Virus record (IMG/VR): IMGVR_UViG_3300008255_000015
Coordinates: 1 to 51,492 of that record
Strand: one strand, 5' to 3'
From: a virus
Lineage: Duplodnaviria > Caudoviricetes
DNA length: 51,492 nt
Shown here piece after piece: positions 10,515 through 20,081 of the stretch. The notes under the pieces are model-generated. The model made no database searches and was not told the DNA's origin. It saw only the letters and a list, made by a program, of their open reading frames with translations. The translations under genes were made by a program, and so were the position numbers. Every line of letters begins with the position of its first letter. Within the stretch, counting starts at the first letter, position 1.

Positions 10515-11004
10515 ACTTGGCCAGGTCGGCAGAACCTCCAACTGCATACTGGAAGATGAAGATCTTATCGGTGAAGTCCACTTCATCGACGTAGAGCGTG
10601 TCAGGATCGCGTTGGGAGAATGGGATCGGCTCGCCTTCGTCATCGACCGGCATGGCCTCAACCGCAGGCTCGACTACGCAGTATACGGTAACCGCATCCA
10701 TGAGCTCCATCATCTCATTCAGCATCTCAGGGTCATCCTGGATATTGAAGTCGTCGTTGGTGGGCACGGAGCCCTTCTTGATCGCGTCGTTAACGATCGG
10801 GAGCAGAGAGTTAGGAATCATCCCCTGCTTGATGAACACCTGAAGCCCCGGCGCCCTGACGAGGCAGGTGTTACCGCTGGGAACAACAAGTGGGGTGCCC
10901 TCTACCGACTTGGCTTTCCATGCGGAAGCTGTTGTCGGAGTCGAGGACACCTTTGGCTTGGCGGGGGTGACCCGACCGGTTGAATTCTTCTTGGCAGTTG
11001 CCAT
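10468..11004 (-). CDS. Tail assembly chaperone (gpG-like)
   Basis: Between major tail gene and TMP; GGAGG RBS. Confidence 0.8.
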   Translation of the reverse strand: MATAKKNSTGRVTPAKPKVSSTPTTASAWKAKSVEGTPLVVPSGNTCLVRAPGLQVFIKQGMIPNSLLPIVNDAIKKGSVPTNDDFNIQDDPEMLNEMMELMDAVTVYCVVEPAVEAMPVDDEGEPIPFSQRDPDTLYVDEVDFTDKIFIFQYAVGGSADLAKFRKELGQHMEVVPGS

Positions 11005-11046
11005 CTTCCTGACCTCCTGGGGTTCCGAAGATTGTGTGGGGTTGGA

Positions 11047-11889
11047 TTAGGAGGCGGCTGCGCCGTCTCGGATTGTGGTAGCGATGACTGTACCGCCTGT
11101 TGCCAGGGCGTCATCGATGGCGAGCAAGGCCCAGTTCGTGTTGCCGTAGTTGCCTGCGTACTCAACGTACCAAGCACCCGCTGCGCCAGTGACGATGAGG
11201 TCGCCAGCAACCGGGGTGGCCAGTGCAATGAGTGCCGTCTGCATGTCGGCAGCCGTGATGTCGAACGCGAGTGCCGAGGTGGTCTCTCCGGCGATGGTGA
11301 TGGTGAACGTGCCACCCGTCGCATCGCTGACAATCAACTGGAGCTCGTTCGTTCCTGCGGTCAGCGCCGAGGAGGTCTCATTCCAGGTGATCTCGTAGAG
11401 CTCATCGTTCGCGTTGCCGATACCTTCGCCGCTGCAGCTGGTAATGAAGAAGCCGCCATCGGCGAAGTCTCCCTCGAGCTGGTCGGTGACCTTGGCCTTG
11501 AAGATCGTAACATGGGTGTCGCCATCCACGTCATTGATCGACTGGCCCTGGATCATGAAGTACGGTCGTGACTCGGTCACAAGCTTCTTCAGGGACTTGG
11601 TCTGGTTCGGGGTAGAACCAGTCTGGCTGAGGGTACCACCGGTCATGACTTCCCAGGCTTCGAGGCTGATACCACCAGCTTCGAGGTCCCAGTTGACCTT
11701 TGGCCCCTTACCATGAATCGCTACGTCTCGGTCGTCGCCTCGGAGTGTCTCGAACTCCTCAGCTTCACTGAAGCTAAGAGTCTGAGCAGCCGGGAGGTCA
11801 ACAGCGGAGCCGAGCGATCCGTCGGAGTTGATCGGAATTACCTTGACATCTCTGATGCCATAGGGCAATGCCGGATCGCTGAGTGCCAT
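11047..11889 (-). CDS. Major tail (tube) protein with C-terminal extra domain
   Basis: LPYGIRDVKV...TLSFSE...LRGDD motif; position; strong codon bias. Confidence 0.88.
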   Translation of the reverse strand: MALSDPALPYGIRDVKVIPINSDGSLGSAVDLPAAQTLSFSEAEEFETLRGDDRDVAIHGKGPKVNWDLEAGGISLEAWEVMTGGTLSQTGSTPNQTKSLKKLVTESRPYFMIQGQSINDVDGDTHVTIFKAKVTDQLEGDFADGGFFITSCSGEGIGNANDELYEITWNETSSALTAGTNELQLIVSDATGGTFTITIAGETTSALAFDITAADMQTALIALATPVAGDLIVTGAAGAWYVEYAGNYGNTNWALLAIDDALATGGTVIATTIRDGAAAS

Positions 11890-11892
11890 ATG

Positions 11893-12099
11893 TTATCCTT
11901 CCTTGTGGGAATTGTGGGGCTTGTGTGGTGCCTTAAACTGAAGCGTCTCGATGACTTCCCCAGTCGTGAGGCTGAAACGATGAAGGACCACGTTGCCCGG
12001 TCGCTTCCCACACCAGCGACTGTCGCAGGCAACTTCGATAACACCGAAGCTATCTTCGACAACGCGGGCATGGAGTTTGTTCGAGCATCGAAGTTCCAT
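11893..12099 (-). CDS. Small Zn-ribbon protein (Mu Com-like pattern)
   Basis: ELRCSNKLH...IEVACDSRWCG. Confidence 0.6.
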   Translation of the reverse strand: MELRCSNKLHARVVEDSFGVIEVACDSRWCGKRPGNVVLHRFSLTTGEVIETLQFKAPHKPHNSHKEG

Positions 12100-12114
12100 C
12101 GTCCCTACGCTTCC

Positions 12115-12480
12115 TTATTGCTTGGGCTTCGCCCGCTGCGATGATCGGGTTACTGACTTGACCGCAGGCGCTGGGGACTCATCGGGAGAGCCCTCAGGTT
12201 CTGCTTCGCTCGCAAGCGTCAAGAATGCTTCAGGGAGAGGATTCCCAGCTTCCTCTGTGACTTCTTGTTCCGGTGCGGGCGTCTCCAAGACGGTGAACTC
12301 GTCTGGAAGCATCTTGACGAGCGTATCACACGCCCCGTCGTCCATCTCCAAGGTAAAGCCATTGGCCTTCTCGAAGACGAGGGGTTCAGCGAGGGTAAGA
12401 CCCAAGCCGAGATTGTTGACTGCCTGCTGGTCGAGAATACGACGATGCGTGTCTCGCTTGGCAAGGTATTGAACTTTCAT
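12115..12480 (-). CDS. Hypothetical protein (head-tail region)
   Basis: GGAGG RBS, operon-packed. Confidence 0.7.
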   Translation of the reverse strand: MKVQYLAKRDTHRRILDQQAVNNLGLGLTLAEPLVFEKANGFTLEMDDGACDTLVKMLPDEFTVLETPAPEQEVTEEAGNPLPEAFLTLASEAEPEGSPDESPAPAVKSVTRSSQRAKPKQ

Positions 12481-12488
12481 GAGCCCTC

Positions 12489-12893
12489 CTAGGGTTCTCT
12501 GACCGTTAGCTGGATGCGACAGTACTTCAAGATAGTGCCCATGTCATCATCTCGGAAGTCTTCGCTGTCTTCAACCCAGGTAGCTCGAACGATGCCATTG
12601 GCCTGATCAACCACACCATCGAACTGGCCTCGGACTAGGTCGAGGATGGTGTCAATCTTCATGTAGTCGCCAGGCGTGTCATGGGCGAAGATCTGGTAGG
12701 AATCGGTGTATGCCTGGTTGCGGTCATCACCGCTCAACGTAGGCAAGTGAGCCAAAGCTCGGGTTACCAAGAAGGGCTTAGTGGTCGGCGCAACATCGAG
12801 GCTGGTGCTCGAGTAAACCCTAGTACCAACCAAAGCCTGCAGTGACGCATTTCCGGTCGTTAGGCGAGAGTATACCCATGTGCGACTACTCAT
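12489..12893 (-). CDS. Tail terminator protein
   Basis: LQALVGTRVY...PFLV motif; position. Confidence 0.72.
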   Translation of the reverse strand: MSSRTWVYSRLTTGNASLQALVGTRVYSSTSLDVAPTTKPFLVTRALAHLPTLSGDDRNQAYTDSYQIFAHDTPGDYMKIDTILDLVRGQFDGVVDQANGIVRATWVEDSEDFRDDDMGTILKYCRIQLTVREP

Positions 12894-13287
12894 AGAAGAT
12901 GATCCTATCCATCATGCCTTTCATCTTAGCCAAGACGTCAGGTCCCTTCTGTTCGATTGTTGGGAGGATGATCGCATACTTACCGCTCCATCGAACCTCC
13001 AGCCAAACACCATAATCAACGGTGTGGAATAGCTGGACAACGATGAGGTCTCGTTCTTCCTGGACCTCGGCTGTCAGCCCCTCTCGAGCTGCACCAGTGC
13101 GATTCTCCCAAGGCGCCTTGGACTTAGCGTGGGATTCGAGGTCCTTGGCTACTTCCTCGGCAATCTCCATCATCCGGTCTCGCATCTTGAACTCAAACTG
13201 AGCCAGCCCTCGCTCGAGGGTGTTAGTCTCGAAGAAGCCCTTGGATGATCCAAAGGTTCCGTTCCTGTTTCGGATGCGAGTGCCCAT
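12886..13287 (-). CDS. HK97 gp10-like neck/tail-completion protein
   Basis: AKSKAPWENRTGAAREGL...VDYGVWLE motif. Confidence 0.78.
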   Translation of the reverse strand: MGTRIRNRNGTFGSSKGFFETNTLERGLAQFEFKMRDRMMEIAEEVAKDLESHAKSKAPWENRTGAAREGLTAEVQEERDLIVVQLFHTVDYGVWLEVRWSGKYAIILPTIEQKGPDVLAKMKGMMDRIIFYE

Positions 13288-13288
13288 G

Positions 13289-13690
13289 TTAACCTCGGAA
13301 GAGAACGCCGGCTTGACCCCGGTCCCATCGTCGAGGGGAAACGAACTCAACCGTATATCGACCCACGTCGAGCCGATCTGTACCGGATGCATCGAAGTAG
13401 TCGTTGGCTAGGATATCAGTTTCTCCGTCGAAGATCAAGACGTAGTGGATATATTCCACCTTGTCTTCACCAAACGACTGAGGGTTAAACCGGTACTCTT
13501 GAGTCAACCGTCGCTTGAACGGGTAGAAGTAGAACGTCTGAGGTCCCACTGCAGTAACGCCCGTCTCGATTCGACCCCCTGCAGCCGTCGCAGCAAATGT
13601 GGGGCGCTGAAGATCGATGGTGATGGGGTCTTCACTGATGAAGTGGTCAAGCAAACGGTTCCGAACCTGCTGCTCAGTGAAAGCGGCCAT
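13289..13690 (-). CDS. Head-tail stopper (putative)
   Basis: Position and size after adaptor. Confidence 0.6.
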   Translation of the reverse strand: MAAFTEQQVRNRLLDHFISEDPITIDLQRPTFAATAAGGRIETGVTAVGPQTFYFYPFKRRLTQEYRFNPQSFGEDKVEYIHYVLIFDGETDILANDYFDASGTDRLDVGRYTVEFVSPRRWDRGQAGVLFRG

Positions 13691-14052
13691 TAGCTCTGAG
13701 CCCCGATCCTGTTCGAGTGGTTATCGCTAACCCTCGAGATGTTGCCCTGTCGGGCTCGTCCTCGGCTGGGTGTAGGAACCCATCCAACAAAGCGATCCAT
13801 CATGCGGATAGCCTGTCGGTGAAGTTCACCCAGCTCTCGGGCTGCGTTACCTTCGTTGACGTTGACAAGATTGCTGTAGTTAGCAGCCTTCTCCTGCCAG
13901 CCCCAATAGGCCGCAGCTTCAACCACGTTGTTCCCCTTCTCAAGGAGGTCTTCGATCTCCTCGTCAGTGAACATTGTGTTAGAGTCATCACCGCCCGTCG
14001 GGATTGCTTCCCCAAGCAGTGCTCGCAGTTGTTCTCCCGGTGTGCGGTTCAT
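13690..14052 (-). CDS. Head-tail adaptor
   Basis: LRALLGE...FTDEEIEDLL...AA pattern. Confidence 0.72.
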   Translation of the reverse strand: MNRTPGEQLRALLGEAIPTGGDDSNTMFTDEEIEDLLEKGNNVVEAAAYWGWQEKAANYSNLVNVNEGNAARELGELHRQAIRMMDRFVGWVPTPSRGRARQGNISRVSDNHSNRIGAQS

Positions 14053-14055
14053 CGA

Positions 14056-14445
14056 TCACTCCTCTGTTGCGTGGTCTTCTTCGGTGAGCTGGTTGAGGTC
14101 AGAGCGACGCAGACGAGCAATGAGATCGTCCTTCTTGCCGTCAATGCTCAGACCCCGCTCAGAAAGGGCAGCACGACGTTCGTCGTTGTTCCACCCCTCC
14201 TCGTAGTCCTCTTCGCCTTCTTCATCCTCGTCCTCGACGATGCCTCCAGCGTTTCCCAGCCGAGGCTGAGTCTGCTCTTCCAGCGGCACAACACCACTGG
14301 GCTTGGCAGGAGGTTCGCCTGGTGCAGGCCGTTCCGGGGGCTCCACACCCTCGGGCAGCTTGCCTCGATCGTAGAGGTAGAGCTTCTCGTACTCGGTGAG
14401 CTTCTCTGGGTTGTCCAGGTGGTCTTGCGGAATCTTCAGGGACAT
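14056..14445 (-). CDS. Protein with C-terminal SAP-like motif
   Basis: WNNDERRAALSERGLSIDGKKDDLIARL. Confidence 0.7.
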   Translation of the reverse strand: MSLKIPQDHLDNPEKLTEYEKLYLYDRGKLPEGVEPPERPAPGEPPAKPSGVVPLEEQTQPRLGNAGGIVEDEDEEGEEDYEEGWNNDERRAALSERGLSIDGKKDDLIARLRRSDLNQLTEEDHATEE

Positions 14446-14479
14446 CTCGTCACTTCTTTCTTTGCGATGGGTGAGCCCA

Positions 14480-14528
14480 GAGGGGGCCCAGGTTTACAGC
14501 TCGAAAGCCTTCTTCCCTAGGCCCCCTC
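14480..14528 (-). terminator. Stem-loop after major capsid gene (attenuator or stabiliser)
   Basis: GAGGGGGCCUAGG/CCUGGGCCCCCUC stem with an inner UUCG hairpin. Confidence 0.65.
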
Positions 14529-14536
14529 AGAGGTTA

Positions 14537-15754
14537 TCAGGCGTAGGCCGCCGGAACGGTGTAGGAGCCGCCGTTGGCGATCTCCATGACCACTCCCGCA
14601 CCCCGATGCCGGATGCCCGTACCCATGCCATGCACGTAGTACGAGTCAATCAGCGGGTAGTCGTTATCCAGACCCTTGACGAGGCGCAGGCCCTGGAGGC
14701 TAGCGTTCTCATGCTGGCGGATACCGACCGGGTTGCCGATGTTGTCTTCGCCGCCCGAGACGAGCAGGACTGCATACCCAGCGGGGATGTAATCCTCCTC
14801 GATGACGAGGGCAGGACCATAGGAGCCGATGACGTTGAGCCCGTTGAAGGACTCCATCGTCGGGGCACCCACGATACCCGAGTTGGCCGGCAGGAAGACC
14901 CCACCGCCGTAGCCAGCCGAGGGGATGAAGTCGTAGAGCGCCGAAGCGGTGCCCTTGACGAATGCTCGGATGAGAGCACCCTCCTGCTGGTTCACCATGA
15001 GCAGGAACTTGTAGCCCCCGCTGAGCGTGTAGCCATGGTGAGTGATGTGGTCAATCATCGTCTGCACATCACCCGGGTCGATGGAGGTACCACCGCTTTC
15101 CAGGTAATGGGTGTGACCCGATGAGTGAGTGGTGTTCTTCCACTTCGGCGGCACCATGCTGTCCCCGTTGTAGAACGGGTAGACGTTGACCGACTCGCCG
15201 TCGATCTCCGCCGTGCGGGTGGCGCTGTTGAAGATCGCCCGCATGACGCGGGTGAACATGAGGCGGTTGTCCGCTTCCAGTGCCTGGTTGTTGAGTGCCT
15301 GCAGCTGACGCGAGTCGGCATCGGCAAGGAACATCCAGGTGTACCGGATGGCGAGGTCCCACCACTTGAAGTCGAAGCCCATCTTGAAGCTCGGGCCGAG
15401 GCGGGTACCCGTAGGCACACCGAACTCAGAAGCTTCCTGGAACTCCTGCTCAACCGGGTACCGGACGCCTTCAACGTTCTGCGAAACGTTGTACGTCAGG
15501 AGGTTGGTCAGGGCATCCCGCTGGGTGTTCCACATGCGAACCGTGCGCTGGAACTCGTCCCACATACGGTTGAGGGGGAAACCATCGCTGGTCTCGGTGA
15601 TGACATCGCCGCGTTCGTTGTAGCCCGTCGTATCGAAACCACGAATGGCCTCGGCGAGCTTCTGAGCTGCGTTGATGTCTCGGCCGCTGAGTTCCTGGAG
15701 GTCCAGGAGGTCGGCGATCTGGAGCTTACGCTCCCTGATGTTGGTGATCGTCAT
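14537..15754 (-). CDS. Major capsid protein
   Basis: 405 aa, very strong GC3 bias, after scaffold and decoration genes, GGAGG RBS. Confidence 0.88.
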   Translation of the reverse strand: MTITNIRERKLQIADLLDLQELSGRDINAAQKLAEAIRGFDTTGYNERGDVITETSDGFPLNRMWDEFQRTVRMWNTQRDALTNLLTYNVSQNVEGVRYPVEQEFQEASEFGVPTGTRLGPSFKMGFDFKWWDLAIRYTWMFLADADSRQLQALNNQALEADNRLMFTRVMRAIFNSATRTAEIDGESVNVYPFYNGDSMVPPKWKNTTHSSGHTHYLESGGTSIDPGDVQTMIDHITHHGYTLSGGYKFLLMVNQQEGALIRAFVKGTASALYDFIPSAGYGGGVFLPANSGIVGAPTMESFNGLNVIGSYGPALVIEEDYIPAGYAVLLVSGGEDNIGNPVGIRQHENASLQGLRLVKGLDNDYPLIDSYYVHGMGTGIRHRGAGVVMEIANGGSYTVPAAYA

Positions 15755-15768
15755 GTTATTCAGCCTCC

Positions 15769-16152
15769 TCAGACGACGGCGTCGAACGGAGCCACGGCCT
15801 TGCGGACGATCAAACGATCGGCCTCGACGGTGAACCCCACGGGGGTCTGCGTGGCGCTCGCAGCAGCGTCGGAGATAACTCCGGTGGTGGTGTTCGCGGT
15901 GTAGACAGTGCCGGCGGCACCGCCAAACTCCGTGAGCTCTCCGGCTGTCATGATGTCAACGACATCACCGGCAGCCTTGTCGTAGGGGCAGCAGAGCACC
16001 CCGACGATACCGCAGGTCGAGTCGGTCGGCGTGACAACTCGGCCGCTTGCATTCAGGCCTACTGCAATGGGAGCAGCGGCACCGGTGTAAGCGGCAGCGA
16101 GAGGTGCACGAAAGCCGCCCGAGATCGGGTCGTACTTATCGATTCTGGCCAT
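15769..16152 (-). CDS. Capsid decoration/cement protein
   Basis: 127 aa Ala/Gly-rich, AGDVVDIMTAGE motif, between scaffold and MCP. Confidence 0.72.
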   Translation of the reverse strand: MARIDKYDPISGGFRAPLAAAYTGAAAPIAVGLNASGRVVTPTDSTCGIVGVLCCPYDKAAGDVVDIMTAGELTEFGGAAGTVYTANTTTGVISDAAASATQTPVGFTVEADRLIVRKAVAPFDAVV

Positions 16153-16182
16153 GTGGCCTATCCTCCTTGTAGGATTGGTGGG

Positions 16183-16869
16183 TTATTTGTGCGAACCACG
16201 ATTCAGTGCTGGGTACTTGCTCCTAAGAGCATCGTCGTCCATCTGTTGCTGGCTTCGCTGTTGGCCGTTGTTGAACTTGGATCCGCTTCGGCCTGAACCC
16301 CCACCCTCACCCTGAGATGCGAGTAGGTGTGGCTTCTTCTTCACCAAAGCCTTCAATGCCTCCTCGACTGACTTGGAGTCAATCTCGATGTCATCAGGCT
16401 CATCTTCGTCCTGCTCAACATCGATCAAGTCTCGGTCGATCAGTGTCAGCGCATCTTCGATGTCAGCAAACCCAAGCTTCGAGCCATGCTTGATGATCTC
16501 GGTGTCCACTGCACTCTTGCGCAGCTTCGCAGCGAGCTTCTCAGCCTTGGCTGTCGACTTGGCCGCTTCATCCTTGGCCTTGTCGGTTTCGGTCTTGTCC
16601 TTGGCCTCCGCATCTTCCCGGAACTTCTTCAGCTCTTTGGCCTCCTTCTCAGCAGCCCGCCGAGCTTGGCGTTCCTTCCGAAGCGCAGACTTCAGACCAG
16701 CATTACCATCGTCCTCGTCTCCGTTGTCTCCCTTTCCTTCACCACCTTCACCGGAATCGTCGTCGCCGCCTTCGTCGCCAGCACCATTGGTGTCGTCGTC
16801 GTCGCCGTCGTCGTCAAACCCCCGAAGGGTAATGTTGGTCAGGGTTTCTGGGAGCAAGTACTTACGCAT
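16183..16869 (-). CDS. Capsid scaffolding protein
   Basis: Acidic N-terminus, ALRKERQARRAAEKE coiled coil, KKPHLL. Confidence 0.85.
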   Translation of the reverse strand: MRKYLLPETLTNITLRGFDDDGDDDDTNGAGDEGGDDDSGEGGEGKGDNGDEDDGNAGLKSALRKERQARRAAEKEAKELKKFREDAEAKDKTETDKAKDEAAKSTAKAEKLAAKLRKSAVDTEIIKHGSKLGFADIEDALTLIDRDLIDVEQDEDEPDDIEIDSKSVEEALKALVKKKPHLLASQGEGGGSGRSGSKFNNGQQRSQQQMDDDALRSKYPALNRGSHK

Positions 16870-16907
16870 CTCGCGTTCCTTTCATAGTGGGCCTCTCGCC
16901 CGAATTG

Positions 16908-18476
16908 TTAGCTGGCATCCGCTTCGGTGCCATTCGACTCGTTGACCCGGTTCGCGTTATTCGAGCGGTTCTGATCTCCGCTCTCCAGCGTGTCCCCTTC
17001 GCCTTCGAGTCTTCCTCCAGGGCCCGATACCCTTTCAGAATCTTCCGCATTCCCTACGCTGCTTTGGGCTAGCGCAAAGGCTGCTTCCTCCTTCAAGATA
17101 TCGGCGTCGATCGTGATGGGGAATGTATACCCGAGCACTCTCTCTGCCTCTTGTCGGTAGAACTTCCTGCTGATGACCTTGCGGTCCAACATGTTGTTGA
17201 GCTCTTCCAAGGTCTTCGACCTGTTGACCGGAAGCTTATCTCCCAATCGAGGAACCAACTCAACAGTAGTCCAATCCTTACCTTCGTAAGCCTTGAACCA
17301 GAACTTTAGATCATAGAACATCTGGCGAAGGATGTCGACGCCAGCATCGTCTCGGTACTCAATCTTGGCAAGCGTCGGCAGGAACTTGAGTGCGAGGGCA
17401 ATTCCGCTCTCGGCGACTTGAGTATCGACATTACCGACAGCGACGTCAGATGTACCCGAGCTTTCCATGAGGGAGCTCTCAAGGTAACGAACATGATCCA
17501 AGACAGGCGTGACAGAAGTAATGCCCTCGAGTCTCTTGACCATAGTGGCGCCAGGCATTTCCCAGACTTTTCCAGGGGCAACCTCCCAGTCTTCCTCCAC
17601 ACCCTGTGAATTGACTGGTCGTCCAGCATCGGTGGCGTATACACCCAGTCCAACGAGGGCCAGGGCAAGTTCTTCATCAGAGATCGCCTGGTTGATAGCC
17701 TGGAAGATTCGCTCGTAGCCCTTGAGCTCAGAGTTGCCGTACTGGAAGCCGTCCCACTCAGCGTTCTTGAAGTGGTACACAGGAATCGTGGTGATATCCG
17801 GTGGCAGCGGACTAGCTGGGATGAGCTGCTTAAGCTTCTTCGCCTTACTGGGGTTGTTCCATCCCTCAGTTTCCCAGATGTTCTCTTCCCGCCAAACGAG
17901 GCCGGTATCTTCATACCAGTAGCGGAGGATCTTGACCGCAGTCTTGTTAGGGTCAGTAGGATGAGCCCACTGATCAACCAGCTTAACAGCGACGATTTCC
18001 TCAATGTCATCCTCGTTATATTCCGGGAAGTAGATCGCCGGCTCGACCGATGTCAGCGAAACCTTCCTCTCCTCTGGCTGAGTGTCATCAGCCGTGATGT
18101 GGAAGATCCAGTCTCCCTTGGTAACACCAGCCAGTTTAGCAACCTGGAACCGACTGTAGAACCTCTCCCGGTACATGAACCGGGTGAAGAACTCGTTGAA
18201 CTCAGCCTCCTTCTCGGGGTCGATGAGTCCGATCGTCAGCCCCTTGAGCAAGTAGTGAGCGGTGGTATCAACGATCATCTTCGGCTTTGGTACGTAGATG
18301 GGTCGCCCATCATCGTTACGCCGGATCAGCTTGAACGAAGATTCCTCCGACCAGTACATGTTCTGGTAGGCGGTGTACGCAGCCAGCCTCTCCTGATCAG
18401 CCTCATCAACCCACTGAGGGAAGCCTGTAGCATATGGAGTGACGGTGCTGTATGGAGTTACTGTTGCGTCAGTCAT
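16908..18476 (-). CDS. Portal protein (SPP1 gp6-like)
   Basis: 522 aa after terminase; IPVYHFKN...GNSEL and ESGIALALKF motifs. Confidence 0.88.
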   Translation of the reverse strand: MTDATVTPYSTVTPYATGFPQWVDEADQERLAAYTAYQNMYWSEESSFKLIRRNDDGRPIYVPKPKMIVDTTAHYLLKGLTIGLIDPEKEAEFNEFFTRFMYRERFYSRFQVAKLAGVTKGDWIFHITADDTQPEERKVSLTSVEPAIYFPEYNEDDIEEIVAVKLVDQWAHPTDPNKTAVKILRYWYEDTGLVWREENIWETEGWNNPSKAKKLKQLIPASPLPPDITTIPVYHFKNAEWDGFQYGNSELKGYERIFQAINQAISDEELALALVGLGVYATDAGRPVNSQGVEEDWEVAPGKVWEMPGATMVKRLEGITSVTPVLDHVRYLESSLMESSGTSDVAVGNVDTQVAESGIALALKFLPTLAKIEYRDDAGVDILRQMFYDLKFWFKAYEGKDWTTVELVPRLGDKLPVNRSKTLEELNNMLDRKVISRKFYRQEAERVLGYTFPITIDADILKEEAAFALAQSSVGNAEDSERVSGPGGRLEGEGDTLESGDQNRSNNANRVNESNGTEADAS

Positions 18477-18477
18477 G

Positions 18478-19866
18478 TTATCCCTTTATCTTGGCCCGAC
18501 TCTGTCGGTTGCGGCGTTCGGATCTCCCGTTCGCTGTGAAGTAGCCGTAGATGAAACGGCTCAGGGCTTCTGGTCCGTGGTTATCTTTGTCAAGAGGCAC
18601 CTCGGACTCGTTTCTTGCCTCCGACTTGTTGTGTGGCCACCTATAACCCTCACGCATTTCCCATGCGAGCTGAGTACAGCGGTCTCGGTCGAAGACGATC
18701 TGGGCTTGCTGCTGGTCAGGCGGCGCACCCTCCGGTCGTGGCTTGAGCCTTGTCCGGATCATTGCATTCCTTGTCGAGATGGCACCACCCGTATTGTTGC
18801 GGGCAGGAATGTTCAGATGCCGTTGTAGCATCTGGGTGTCATCGGGGTTGTGCGGGTCTGGGTAGAAGGCAACGCATTTCGACGTCCAAGGATGGTCCTT
18901 AAGCACCTCTTTGGCGATGCGCTCAGTATCCATCTGTTTGATATAGTGCTCTCCCAGCACGTATACGTTGTCGAACTCGTCAACCTGAATCCAGAGCCAC
19001 ACCCAGTAATTCGTGTACCCGTAGTCAACCGCTGCGTACAGGGGCCAATCCGGGTTGTACTTGAGCCGCTTGAGATGTATCTCATCATCCCACTCAGCCA
19101 TGACACGACCCACCTTGTCGACGAACTCGCCGCCGTACTGACGACGGAATTCATCGGTGGTAAGGTCGTCTTCAGCTTCAAGAATCTCAGGGTCTTGGCG
19201 ACCTCCGGGAAAGACGATGTTATTGGTCCAGCTCGGCATGCGCCAGCTCTTCCAAGGCTTCGTCTCATGTTCAAGGCCTCGTTTGAAAGCCCAGTAGAGC
19301 AGTGAGGTGTCGGTAGCGAGCTCGGGCACCCCCGTCGTGAGTGACCAGCCGCGTTTGTCCGACAAAGCCGGTCGAACGTACTCAGTGAAGGTGGTGCGGT
19401 GCAATCGCCCAGCCTCCACCATAAGTACGAAGTCCAGCCCCTCACCAACCAAGGAGTCAGGGTGGGCCGCAGAGCGGCATTCCAGTACCCAACCCCAGTT
19501 GGTCTGAATGGTCATGCTGCCATTCTCAGTGTTCTTCAAGAACTTAGAAGAAACCTCATCGATGCCCAAGCTCTTGAATGTATCGTATACGATACGGAAT
19601 TCTTTCTCGCAGTCAGCATAGTTCGGCCCAATGATCCAGCCTCGCTGAGGTTGACCGAGGCGGTTCATGACGAACGCAGTGGGTTCAACCTCTTTGCCGC
19701 CCAAGTAGGTCTTACCCCAGCGTCGACCATTCGAGAGGACTCGGTGGCGGTGACTGTCATAGTGTACGGGGATTTGACCTGCGTGAGGCTGGTAGCCAGT
19801 CTGTTCGAAGTAGAGGTCCTTTCTCAGGACTCCACCTTCAAGCCCCGGCATTGTAGCCGTAGCCAT
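18478..19866 (-). CDS. terL: Terminase large subunit
   Basis: PHAGQ, Walker A GRRWGKT, LVGEGLD, FRRQYGGEF, nuclease AVDYG...DNHGPEALSR. Confidence 0.95.
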   Translation of the reverse strand: MATATMPGLEGGVLRKDLYFEQTGYQPHAGQIPVHYDSHRHRVLSNGRRWGKTYLGGKEVEPTAFVMNRLGQPQRGWIIGPNYADCEKEFRIVYDTFKSLGIDEVSSKFLKNTENGSMTIQTNWGWVLECRSAAHPDSLVGEGLDFVLMVEAGRLHRTTFTEYVRPALSDKRGWSLTTGVPELATDTSLLYWAFKRGLEHETKPWKSWRMPSWTNNIVFPGGRQDPEILEAEDDLTTDEFRRQYGGEFVDKVGRVMAEWDDEIHLKRLKYNPDWPLYAAVDYGYTNYWVWLWIQVDEFDNVYVLGEHYIKQMDTERIAKEVLKDHPWTSKCVAFYPDPHNPDDTQMLQRHLNIPARNNTGGAISTRNAMIRTRLKPRPEGAPPDQQQAQIVFDRDRCTQLAWEMREGYRWPHNKSEARNESEVPLDKDNHGPEALSRFIYGYFTANGRSERRNRQSRAKIKG

Positions 19867-19875
19867 GCTTTCTCC

Positions 19876-20079
19876 TTAGCTGTCGAGCTTATCCATCCAG
19901 GAATCAGGGCGTCTCGCCCAGCCGTTCCACGAACGGCGTCCATCGGGTTCAGCAGTGATGTCTTCAGTTCCAGTGAGCTTCATCAACCTCATACGTTCTT
20001 GAGCTGAGATCGGAGCTCCAGCGTCCTTTGCCGGCAAGGTATTTCGCCGAGTAAGGCCTGTGTATTCTGATTCAGCCAT
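19876..20079 (-). CDS. Hypothetical protein
   Basis: Operon-packed ORF. Confidence 0.6.
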   Translation of the reverse strand: MAESEYTGLTRRNTLPAKDAGAPISAQERMRLMKLTGTEDITAEPDGRRSWNGWARRPDSWMDKLDS

Positions 20080-20081
20080 CG

